Source: Aggregatilineales bacterium
GTDB lineage: Bacteria; Chloroflexota; Anaerolineae; Aggregatilineales; Phototrophicaceae
Length of the DNA stretch: 56,914 bases
Direction: 5' to 3'
NCBI GenBank assembly: GCA_038251045.1
Contig: JBBSBS010000001.1
Location: 1 to 56,914, forward strand
The notes under the pieces were generated by a model. The model saw nothing but the letters and a program-made list of their open reading frames with translations. It did not search any database and had not been told where the DNA came from. The first letter of the stretch is position 1, and every line of letters begins with the position of its first letter. Below, piece by piece: positions 37,866 through 48,617 of this stretch. A program made the translations under genes and the position numbers.

Positions 37866-40322
37866 CTACCGCTGTAGGGCAGGGAGTATCAAAATTACGA
37901 TCACCAGTACCACGCCCAGCATTAAACTGATGGCGTAAGTACGCACATATCCGGTCTGTACCAACCGTACTCGACCGCTTACCCAGCGCACGATACTGGC
38001 GACACCATTCACAATGCCATCAATCAGTCCCAGATCAACCGGCTTGCTCAACAATTGCGCGATGCCGTTGAAGCCTTTGGCGATGACAGTCTCGTGGAAA
38101 TAATCATGCCAAAAGCGCCAGTCCAGTGTATCTGCTAGGAACTTCGACATGCGATTAAACGGATTCTCGAATAGCTTGAAGTAGGTTTCGTCCCAGTACA
38201 AACGAGCGTTCGCCAAACCGAAGATGGTCGCGCCACCCGACGGAATGCGATCAACCAATGGATCATGGTCTGTTACTACAGACGACTTACCGCGTCCATA
38301 AATCGAACGTGCCGCAAAGATTGCAAAGATCGCCAACCCCAGCGTGAAGATCGCGATTCCCGGTTGGAAATCAGCGGCGTGCGCATGGACGATACTATAT
38401 TCCAGCCACTCGGTGAAGTTGTGCGCGGTAAAGATATTCTCTAATCCCAAGACATTCTTGGGCGTGTTAATAAAACCACCGAAGGTACTGAGCAGTGCCA
38501 GCACCATCAACGGGAAGGTCATCGAGAATACACTCTCCGGTGCATGGTCGGCTGCCTCCGAACGGGCTTGACCAAAAAACACCATCTCGATCTGCCGCCA
38601 CATATAAAATGCGGTGAACCCCGCCGCGGCGACCAACAACACGAAGGCAATGAAACCACCGGCAGAACTGAGGAATGAACCACCCTCAAGTCCGCGCAGC
38701 CATGAATCTGCCAGAATTTCATCCTTTGACCAGAAGCCAGCCAGCGGGAAGATACCTGCCAGCGCCAGAGTCCCGATCAAATAGGTAATAAAGGTAATCG
38801 GCATCTTACGCGCCAACCCGCCCATGTTGCGCATATCCTGCGGGTCGAACTCCGGCTCGTCATGATGCTCATCACCGTGAGCATCCGCATGTGCGTCATG
38901 CCCATGACCACCTGCGCGTTCGTGTGCCAGATGTTCACCATGTTCCATACCGTGAATGACCGAACCACTGCCAAGGAACAAAAGCGCCTTGAAGAAAGCA
39001 TGTGTCACCAGATGGAACATCGCCGCGCCATACGCGCCCACGCCAACTGCCGCCACCATGAACCCAAGCTGGCTCACGGTACTATAGGCCAGAACGCGCT
39101 TAATATCCCACTGCCCCAACGCTACATAACCAGCCATGATCGCTGTCGTCGCGCCGATGATAGCGACCACGAACGAGGTGAACTCGGCATTGTAGAAAAA
39201 CACGTTGCTGCGACACATCATATACACGCCGGCAGTAACCATCGTCGCGGCATGGATCAGAGCACTAACCGGTGTTGGGCCCGCCATAGCATCCGGCAGC
39301 CATACAAACAAGGGGATTTGTGCCGATTTACCCGTCGCGCCCAAAAGCATAAACAGGGTAATGATAACCAGCACCGTATCAATTGGCAGCGAGAACGGAC
39401 CAAAATCGACTTGATGATTCTCTTTGACCATGCGCTCGGCCTGTCCAAAAACGCCAAGCTGCGCGGTCGGGATGTGATCGTTATTGACATAAACGAGTCC
39501 GGCAACCTCGGTAGCATGACCCTCGCCCTCAGTAGCCGCGGCTTCACCTTCTACCGGATGGGCTTCACCCTCGGCGGCGGCGGCCTCCGTACCGTGTGAC
39601 TCACCTTCAGCCACCACTGCCGCATGTTCCCCGCTGGCAGCACTTTCATGTGCCAACATATCGACGTTGGTGATTTCTCCGGGACGGAAATAATCCAGTG
39701 TGCCGAATGTCCAGAAAATCATGAACACTGCCATCAAAATGCCGAAGTCACCCACACGGTTGGCAATCATGGCTTTACGGGCAGCATTACTATTGCGCCA
39801 GCCCACGCCCTTCGTCCGGTCGAACCAGAAGCCGATCAGTAAGAACGAGCATAAGCCCACGCCTTCCCAACCGACGAACATCATCAGGAAGTTGTTACCA
39901 ACCACCAGAATAAGCATGAAGAACAGGAACAGGTTAAGGTAACTGAAGAAGCGTGTGAAACGTGCATCGCCATGCATGTAACCGATGGAATAAATGTGGA
40001 TGAGCGAGCCAACACCCGTCACCACCAGCATCATGGTTACGCTGAGGGTATCCACCCGCAGTTGCCACGGAATACTGACATTTTGCGAAGCAATCGTAAT
40101 CCAGCCATCAAGAAACGGTGGGTTGACCACCGCTGACTCATAGCCAGTTCCGCGCAGGTATGTCCACAGCAGCACCGCTACGCCAAACGACAACAACGCT
40201 GCTGTCGTACCGAGGATGCTTGACTGTCGCTCACCCAGCCGCGATCCCACAAACAGGTTAATAATAAACCCGATGAGCGGGATAAAAAGAATGAGTGTCA
40301 CTAATGACGGGTAATTTTCCAT
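37866..40322 (-). CDS. nuoL: NADH-quinone oxidoreductase subunit L, enlarged (818 aa)
   Basis: WEGVGLCS, GKSAQIPLFVWLPDAMAGPTPVSALIHAATMV, HAFFKA, SKDEIL and QTGY motifs. Confidence 0.97.
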   Translation of the reverse strand: MENYPSLVTLILFIPLIGFIINLFVGSRLGERQSSILGTTAALLSFGVAVLLWTYLRGTGYESAVVNPPFLDGWITIASQNVSIPWQLRVDTLSVTMMLVVTGVGSLIHIYSIGYMHGDARFTRFFSYLNLFLFFMLILVVGNNFLMMFVGWEGVGLCSFLLIGFWFDRTKGVGWRNSNAARKAMIANRVGDFGILMAVFMIFWTFGTLDYFRPGEITNVDMLAHESAASGEHAAVVAEGESHGTEAAAAEGEAHPVEGEAAATEGEGHATEVAGLVYVNNDHIPTAQLGVFGQAERMVKENHQVDFGPFSLPIDTVLVIITLFMLLGATGKSAQIPLFVWLPDAMAGPTPVSALIHAATMVTAGVYMMCRSNVFFYNAEFTSFVVAIIGATTAIMAGYVALGQWDIKRVLAYSTVSQLGFMVAAVGVGAYGAAMFHLVTHAFFKALLFLGSGSVIHGMEHGEHLAHERAGGHGHDAHADAHGDEHHDEPEFDPQDMRNMGGLARKMPITFITYLIGTLALAGIFPLAGFWSKDEILADSWLRGLEGGSFLSSAGGFIAFVLLVAAAGFTAFYMWRQIEMVFFGQARSEAADHAPESVFSMTFPLMVLALLSTFGGFINTPKNVLGLENIFTAHNFTEWLEYSIVHAHAADFQPGIAIFTLGLAIFAIFAARSIYGRGKSSVVTDHDPLVDRIPSGGATIFGLANARLYWDETYFKLFENPFNRMSKFLADTLDWRFWHDYFHETVIAKGFNGIAQLLSKPVDLGLIDGIVNGVASIVRWVSGRVRLVQTGYVRTYAISLMLGVVLVIVILILPALQR

Positions 40323-40369
40323 AATGCCCCTCTGTATCGAGCAGACTTAATCAGCTTACCGGATGAACA

Positions 40370-40404
40370 ACTTACTCCGCGCCCGGTACTCACGACTTGG
40401 TACT
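40370..40404 (-). repeat. Degenerate heptamer tandem repeat
   Basis: AGTACCA AGTCGTG AGTACCG GGCGCGG AGTAAGT between nuoK and nuoL. Confidence 0.35.
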
Positions 40405-40411
40405 GCCCTGC

Positions 40412-40714
40412 CTACCCTTCCATCTGGTGCAATTCGTCGACGTTAATACTCTGTTTGGTGTGGAAAATCGCCACGATTAGCGCCAACCCCACCGCTACCT
40501 CTGCTGCTGCCACCGCAATGACAAAGAACACGAACAGGTGACCCTCCATCTGGTTCCACTGTTTCGCAAAAGCAACCAGTGCCAGATTAGAAGCGTTCAA
40601 CATCAGTTCAACCGACATGAACAGCAGGATAGCGTTACGGCGCAGCAGTACGCCCATCGCCCCCAGAATAAACAACACCGCGCTCAAAATCACAAAATCG
40701 GTTGTATGAAGCAT
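40412..40714 (-). CDS. nuoK: NADH-quinone oxidoreductase subunit K
   Basis: RRNAI, VELMLNA and AAAEVAVGLA motifs. Confidence 0.97.
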   Translation of the reverse strand: MLHTTDFVILSAVLFILGAMGVLLRRNAILLFMSVELMLNASNLALVAFAKQWNQMEGHLFVFFVIAVAAAEVAVGLALIVAIFHTKQSINVDELHQMEG

Positions 40715-40774
40715 TCTTCACTCGCTCCTGAAATTACCCTGATTGGAACAGACACCCAATAACGTGTCTCTGCG

Positions 40775-42088
40775 TCAATCTCCGGCTGCTTCCGGCTGCA
40801 CATCCGGCAAACGCGGAATATTCTCACCGCTTACATCCTGCCCGATCTGGTCGCCGATGACGTTTGTCAGCGGCTTCATCACCTTACGACGTATATCACG
40901 ACGGCGTGGTTGGAAGCCTTCTTTATGCGTCAGCGCAATCGCGCCTACCATAGCCGCCAGCAGCAAAATAGCGATCAATTGGAAGGGCAGCATGTATTTG
41001 CTAAACAACAAATTACCAACCGCCTGCGGACTGCCAAATGGTTCGGATGATTTATCGACCAGAGGAATAGCTACATTGCGTGTGCTGCCGCCGAGTAATG
41101 TCTCGGTTCCCAGCACCAGCAGTTGAGAGGTATCACGCTTGATGTTATAAACTTCCGCGTTATCCAATATGGCTACGGATGCCAGTTTGCTCAGATCTTT
41201 CTGGTTCGCGTCGACTTCGGTGAAAACCCACGACCGCTGACTGGCATCCTCACTCAGAAGTGGCAGTTCAACCAATGAACCGGGCTGAATATCGCCCTGC
41301 ACAATCCGGTCGTCGCGCAGATCAAGTTTCGGCTCGGCATTGTCGGAGGCCGCACCAAAATCCACCAGATTAACCGGTTTGTCATAACCGTTGAAAATTG
41401 CGACCCGCGCCGTACGTGAATCCACCGGTTCCAAATTGCTTTCCACCAAACTGACCTGAGGCGGTGTGCTGGTCGTGCCACCGTAGGCCACAGCAGTATA
41501 GGTATTCGCCTGACGGGTGGTTTCTCCAGACAGTTTAATGGTTACCGTCTGGGCGACAGTATCTGTACCCGCTGGATTAAGCGTAATTGTGTAATCACCC
41601 GGTTCGACCACTTTGAAATCGGTCGACTTACCGAATGACAAGCCGCTAGCGAATAACTCGCCGTTAGCATACACATCAACCGTCCCTGCATATGGCGCGG
41701 CATGTACCACGCGCAGGTTCGGCTCGCGGGTGATGGGTGAGTTCAATTCAATCTTGCCGGTGATGATGCTGTAAAACGACACCATCGCGAAGGCCACCGC
41801 CAGCGCTGTACCCACAATTTCCAACCAGCGAAAACGGCGTACAGGCGCGTTGAGCTTCTCCGCACCCAGCAGCATGATGACAAATAAGAACAACACCATA
41901 ATCGCCCCGGCGTATACAGCAATCTGTATCATGGCGAGGAAAGGTGCGTCCAACATCAGGTATAACAGAGCGACACAGGCAAAGTTCACAATCAGGAACA
42001 AGGCGCTGTGGACGGGGTTATCGCTCAGTAACATAGCTACTGCGGCGAAGACTGCCATACCCATAACAATAATAAACAGTGCTTCCAT
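40775..42088 (-). CDS. nuoJ: NADH-quinone oxidoreductase subunit J with an inserted DUF4397-like domain
   Basis: NPVHSAL, QIAVYAGAIMVLFLFVIML, then ~225 inserted aa, then VG..LF..Y.LPFQ....LL.AMVGAI. Confidence 0.95.
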   Translation of the reverse strand: MEALFIIVMGMAVFAAVAMLLSDNPVHSALFLIVNFACVALLYLMLDAPFLAMIQIAVYAGAIMVLFLFVIMLLGAEKLNAPVRRFRWLEIVGTALAVAFAMVSFYSIITGKIELNSPITREPNLRVVHAAPYAGTVDVYANGELFASGLSFGKSTDFKVVEPGDYTITLNPAGTDTVAQTVTIKLSGETTRQANTYTAVAYGGTTSTPPQVSLVESNLEPVDSRTARVAIFNGYDKPVNLVDFGAASDNAEPKLDLRDDRIVQGDIQPGSLVELPLLSEDASQRSWVFTEVDANQKDLSKLASVAILDNAEVYNIKRDTSQLLVLGTETLLGGSTRNVAIPLVDKSSEPFGSPQAVGNLLFSKYMLPFQLIAILLLAAMVGAIALTHKEGFQPRRRDIRRKVMKPLTNVIGDQIGQDVSGENIPRLPDVQPEAAGD

Positions 42089-42177
42089 ATGTAATTCCCA
42101 CTATTGGATGCTGACTGCCGACGTTTGTGCAGTTTAGCGCAAACTACGTCAGACTTCAAATCTCAAAACACATAATT

Positions 42178-42202
42178 AGGGGCGGATTTTAAGCCCGCCC
42201 CT
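42178..42202. repeat. REP-like hairpin AGGGGCGG-N9-CCGCCCCT
   Basis: Perfect 8-bp stem in the nuoI-nuoJ spacer. Confidence 0.6.
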
Positions 42203-42231
42203 GTCTTTCGTCAATCATTTAGAGATACTGA

Positions 42232-42366
42232 TCACCACTCACCCGCGTAACCGGGGTCATATGGCTCAAATTGAGAAAACGGATAACCCCATTTGAGTGC
42301 AGTCGACTATCGCAGATGCAATAAGTCATGCGCAACCCATGACACCAACATATCTCCCGCGCTGAG
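42232..42366 (-). pseudogene. C-terminal remnant of a DinB/DinB_2 family gene
   Basis: Manual translation LSAGDMLVSWVAHDLLHLR*STALKWGYPFSQFEPYDPGYAGEW*; W.AHDLLHLRQ and YAGEW are typical DinB C-termini; internal TAG where Gln is expected. Confidence 0.7.
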
Positions 42367-42439
42367 GCATACCGCTTATCAAAAGGCAGGTCGTTTAACC
42401 CTCACTGCCCCACAAACAACTTGCTCACATTCATTCAGG

Positions 42440-42934
42440 CTACAACGGGTTTGGCATATCCGGTATCGAGCGCGTATAAACCCCCGGCTCGACAGTTTGC
42501 GGCGTTGCCGGCATTCCCTCGGCAGGCGGATCAATCAACATATCTTTGGTGAAAATAGCATCGCGGCGGTCAGTAAAGCTCAGGCGATGTTCATGCCCCA
42601 GCACAATCGCTTCTGTCGGACAGGCATCTTCACAATAGCCGCAAAAAATGCAGCGCAGCATGTTGATTTCATAGGTCTTGGCATAGCGTTCACCGGGACT
42701 AAACCGTTCTTCGTCCGTGTTTTCTGCCGCCTCAACCCAGATGGCATCCGCCGGGCAAGAAGCCGCACACAGCGAACAACCGATGCACTTTTCCAAACCA
42801 TTGTCATAACGCTTGAGTTCATGTCGCCCTTTGTAGCGTTCAGAAAACTCCTGCACCTGTTCCGGATACTGAATCGTAACGGGTTCTTCCAGCAGATGCT
42901 TAAACGTTGTCGCAAAACCGCGTATTACATTCAT
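42440..42934 (-). CDS. nuoI: NADH-quinone oxidoreductase subunit I
   Basis: CIGCSLCAASCP and CIFCGYCEDACP (two 4Fe-4S motifs). Confidence 0.97.
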   Translation of the reverse strand: MNVIRGFATTFKHLLEEPVTIQYPEQVQEFSERYKGRHELKRYDNGLEKCIGCSLCAASCPADAIWVEAAENTDEERFSPGERYAKTYEINMLRCIFCGYCEDACPTEAIVLGHEHRLSFTDRRDAIFTKDMLIDPPAEGMPATPQTVEPGVYTRSIPDMPNPL

Positions 42935-43027
42935 ATTCTAAACCACTCCTCCAACCCGTTTCCATTACATCGTGTACCAAGTCCCGCTGCTCAGGAACTC
43001 GGTATTATCAGTGATTAACTGTGTGCT

Positions 43028-44845
43028 CTAGCCCTTGTTGGCTTTCTTCTCGCGAATCTTTTCCAGCATCGCCTGCTTATCAAACTTGGGTTTGGCACCG
43101 CCCGCCGCTGCTGGTTTCGCAGTTTCTGCGGGTGCGGCCTTCGCAGGGGCAACCACCGGAGCAGGTACGGCAGCTGCTGCTTGCTTCACCGACGCAGCTA
43201 TTGTCTTTTGTACGGGTGCGGCCTCGCCGCGAAATGTACCGTACTGCTTGGCGAAGGTCACACTAGGGTTTTCTTTGATCGCCAGCGCATTTTCAGTCTT
43301 GACCGGATTCGGGCCAGTCGCGGCAATCTTCTCTAGTTGTTTGATGGTGAACTGTATCAGAGAGAACGGAATAGCCAGCAGCGCACCAACAAACGTCAGA
43401 ATGCTCCAACCGATACCGGTCTGTGCGCCCGTAATAATTGGATCATCCGCCATTTCCTCGGTTGTCTCGGATTGTTCAGTCTTACCCATCTGGCGCAGAT
43501 ACATCCAACCACCACCCGCCACCAGTACGAACAATACACCTGCCGCTATACCGTAAGCCGCCGTACTCTGGAAGGCATCTCCAATGACCAGCGATACAGC
43601 CGTCCAGATGACCGATACCAGAGCCAGTGGCAGCAGCACCTTCCAGCCGAATTGCATGAGTCTGTCGTAACGGATACGCGGCAGTGTCGCACGAATCCAG
43701 ATCATGAAAATTAGCAGTAGTACGACTTTGCCGATCATCACCAGCGGGCCAAGGATCGGCACACTATTGACCAGTCCAAAGCCATCCTGATAACCGCCCA
43801 AGTACAACGCCGAGAAAATCAGGCTGATGGCGATCATACCCAGATATTCCGCCATCATAAACAGCGCGAACTTCATACCGCTGTACTCGGTCATAAAGCC
43901 TGCCGTCAATTCTTGCTCAGCTTCGACCAGATCAAACGGCGCACGGCTGACTTCCGCCAACAGAGCGATGAACAATATGCCCGCCGCTAATGGATTTTGG
44001 AAGATGAACCAGTTCCAGATCATCGGCTGTGCTTTTGAAATATCGCCCAATGCCATGCTGCCGACGATCATCACAGGAACAGCCATACCGAGGCCGAGTG
44101 TCAATTCGTAGCTAATCATCTGTGCCGAAGCGCGCAAGCCACCCAACATGGAATACTTGTTGTTACTCGCCCAACCCGCCAGCACAATACCGTATGTCCC
44201 TATGCTGGTAATGCCCAGAATATACAGAACACCGACACTGGGGTCAGCCAACCCTAACGGTATCTGGTACCACCTGCCGTCAAACCACGGAATGAGTAAA
44301 TCCGGCCCCAGCGGGATAACGGCCAGCACCACCAACACGGGCACGGCCTTAATCATCGGTGCGATAAACCACACCGCATAAGAAACACCCGCCGGTGTGA
44401 TGTCTTCTTTCATAATCAGCTTGACTGCATCCGCTGCTGGCTGCATCAAACCCATCGGCCCTACGCGGTTCGGCCCCACCCGCTGCTGGAACCACGCAAT
44501 AAACTTGCGTTCGAGCAGTGTCGTATAAGCGAAACCTGTAATCACCACCAGCAGCAAAATCGCCGAATAGGCGAAAGCGTGGATAGTCGAGCATGTTGAA
44601 TCCGTCTTGCAAACCACAACCGTTGACGGATCAACCCGTCGCGACGGATTAAACACAAAATTCAGGATGGCATCACCAATCGTGAAGATCACACCTCCGT
44701 TGCCAGAAAGTAGGTTCACGACATCGTAAATCACCGCGCCAACCACTGCCAATGCAATCAATGCGCCCACAATCATAGCAGGGTGAATGCGGAAACCGCC
44801 GCCTGACCCTGCGTTTGGATTGCTATTCATTGTTGATTCAGCCAT
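43028..44845 (-). CDS. nuoH: NADH-quinone oxidoreductase subunit H with N- and C-terminal extensions
   Basis: ERK..A..Q.R.GPNRVG, KEDI.P, ISYE, RAPFDL.EAE.EL, EYSG..F and PR.RYD.L motifs. Confidence 0.96.
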   Translation of the reverse strand: MAESTMNSNPNAGSGGGFRIHPAMIVGALIALAVVGAVIYDVVNLLSGNGGVIFTIGDAILNFVFNPSRRVDPSTVVVCKTDSTCSTIHAFAYSAILLLVVITGFAYTTLLERKFIAWFQQRVGPNRVGPMGLMQPAADAVKLIMKEDITPAGVSYAVWFIAPMIKAVPVLVVLAVIPLGPDLLIPWFDGRWYQIPLGLADPSVGVLYILGITSIGTYGIVLAGWASNNKYSMLGGLRASAQMISYELTLGLGMAVPVMIVGSMALGDISKAQPMIWNWFIFQNPLAAGILFIALLAEVSRAPFDLVEAEQELTAGFMTEYSGMKFALFMMAEYLGMIAISLIFSALYLGGYQDGFGLVNSVPILGPLVMIGKVVLLLIFMIWIRATLPRIRYDRLMQFGWKVLLPLALVSVIWTAVSLVIGDAFQSTAAYGIAAGVLFVLVAGGGWMYLRQMGKTEQSETTEEMADDPIITGAQTGIGWSILTFVGALLAIPFSLIQFTIKQLEKIAATGPNPVKTENALAIKENPSVTFAKQYGTFRGEAAPVQKTIAASVKQAAAAVPAPVVAPAKAAPAETAKPAAAGGAKPKFDKQAMLEKIREKKANKG

Positions 44846-44878
44846 CAAAAGCCCCTTCAACTCTCTTTTACAAGATAC

Positions 44879-44903
44879 GTGAGGGCAAACATTCCGCCCT
44901 CAC
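44879..44903. repeat. Intergenic hairpin GTGAGGGC-N9-GCCCTCAC
   Basis: Perfect 8-bp stem in the nuoG-nuoH spacer. Confidence 0.55.
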
Positions 44904-44953
44904 CGCTTTATTTACTAATCTCACGCACTGCATTCAAACAAACACCCGCAAAC

Positions 44954-47440
<2,487 letters not shown>

Positions 47441-47539
47441 CAGTTATCTCACTCACTCAAAAAAACGAGAACAATTCTAGTGTAGCTAATCTCTGTCCAA
47501 AAGACGAGAACTAGTATTCCTAATGATGTCTTTTACAGC

Positions 47540-47986
47540 TCAATCTATCGGCTCGATGATCGTACCCGCACGTCCCAACGCCCTTAGATTGTAACCATCA
47601 ATCGCCCAACCGCCATTTTGATACACCAGTTGGAATGCCACGAAATGATCACCATCAGCATCAGCGGCACGTCCGGCAACGTACCCTAGATCATCTCTTA
47701 TCGAAAAGTTGTTAAAAGACCAATCCTTAAGCGTGTTACCCGTGAACGATTCGCCGAAGTTCGATCTACTTTCCTGCTCCTGTAAATCCGGGGTGAACAT
47801 CGCGTAGGCATCATCCAACTTGTTGTTTCGCAGCGCCTCCATAAAGGCGTTGGCACTGTCACCCACTTCTCGCGTGCTGTCCAGCATCCCGCTGAAAAGC
47901 TTGATACCACCCAACACACCAATGACCCCACAAACCCCGCAGGCCACTACAATCAGCAACCCAATGATACCGAGTCGCTTAATCAT
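47540..47986 (-). CDS. Membrane-anchored NTF2/DUF4864-like hypothetical protein inside the nuo operon
   Basis: N-terminal TM with ACGVCG; A.AFMEAL.....AY..F...LQ and LVYQNGGWAI.G pattern; overlaps the upstream stop. Confidence 0.75.
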   Translation of the reverse strand: MIKRLGIIGLLIVVACGVCGVIGVLGGIKLFSGMLDSTREVGDSANAFMEALRNNKLDDAYAMFTPDLQEQESRSNFGESFTGNTLKDWSFNNFSIRDDLGYVAGRAADADGDHFVAFQLVYQNGGWAIDGYNLRALGRAGTIIEPID

Positions 47987-48609
47987 AACCGCCGTTGAAC
48001 CTTTTCTAGTCCTGCCAGTGCACGGTCACGCATGGCCTGCTCCATGAAGCCCCAATCTGCGATCTCAAAATGAGCCTCTGCCATCTCATAGGCACACTGA
48101 AAATCAGCGTGTGCCAGCGCGTATTCTCGCAGGTCCATGTACATTTCACCACGCAGCACATAATTCGCAGCGGATTCGGGAGCAACTTCTATCGCTTGGG
48201 TTAGGCTTTCCAACCGCGCCGACAAATCTGCCGGACTACTAAGGAACATACGCCGCACCCGTTGCAGGGTGCTTGGCGGAGTTTGTAAAATAATAGGTAC
48301 TTGTTCTTGTGTATCGTTGACGATTTCCACCGCATCCGGCACATCCGCTAACGGCTCTTGCACAACTTCATCGCGCACTTCTGCATAAACTTCTTCGATA
48401 TTCTCCTCATCTGTGTGCTCAGACGAAAAGTCAGCCGGCGCGCTCGTTAATTCTGGCTCGTGTTCAATTACCAAATCGCCGTTCACTGGAATATCAAAAT
48501 CATCAACAAGGACAAGATCGCTCTCATCCCCTTCAACGATCTCGCTGTTCTCAATATCATGAGGAGCGAAGTCGTCTAACTCTGGATTATCTGGGTCTCT
48601 GCGGTCCAA
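47983..48609 (-). CDS. Protein with an acidic disordered N-terminus and C-terminal TPR, inside the nuo operon
   Basis: Asp/Glu-rich first ~100 aa; LTQAIEVAPESAANYVLRGEMYMDLREYALAHADF TPR. Confidence 0.75.
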   Translation of the reverse strand: MDRRDPDNPELDDFAPHDIENSEIVEGDESDLVLVDDFDIPVNGDLVIEHEPELTSAPADFSSEHTDEENIEEVYAEVRDEVVQEPLADVPDAVEIVNDTQEQVPIILQTPPSTLQRVRRMFLSSPADLSARLESLTQAIEVAPESAANYVLRGEMYMDLREYALAHADFQCAYEMAEAHFEIADWGFMEQAMRDRALAGLEKVQRRL

Positions 48610-48617
48610 ATTGTGTT

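Noticed and set aside
42293-43018. Long antisense ORFs (for example 42293-43018, 49122-49883, 16396-17241, 25410-26147, 2089-2757)
   Set aside because: Shadow frames opposite well-supported genes, with no recognisable motifs or RBS
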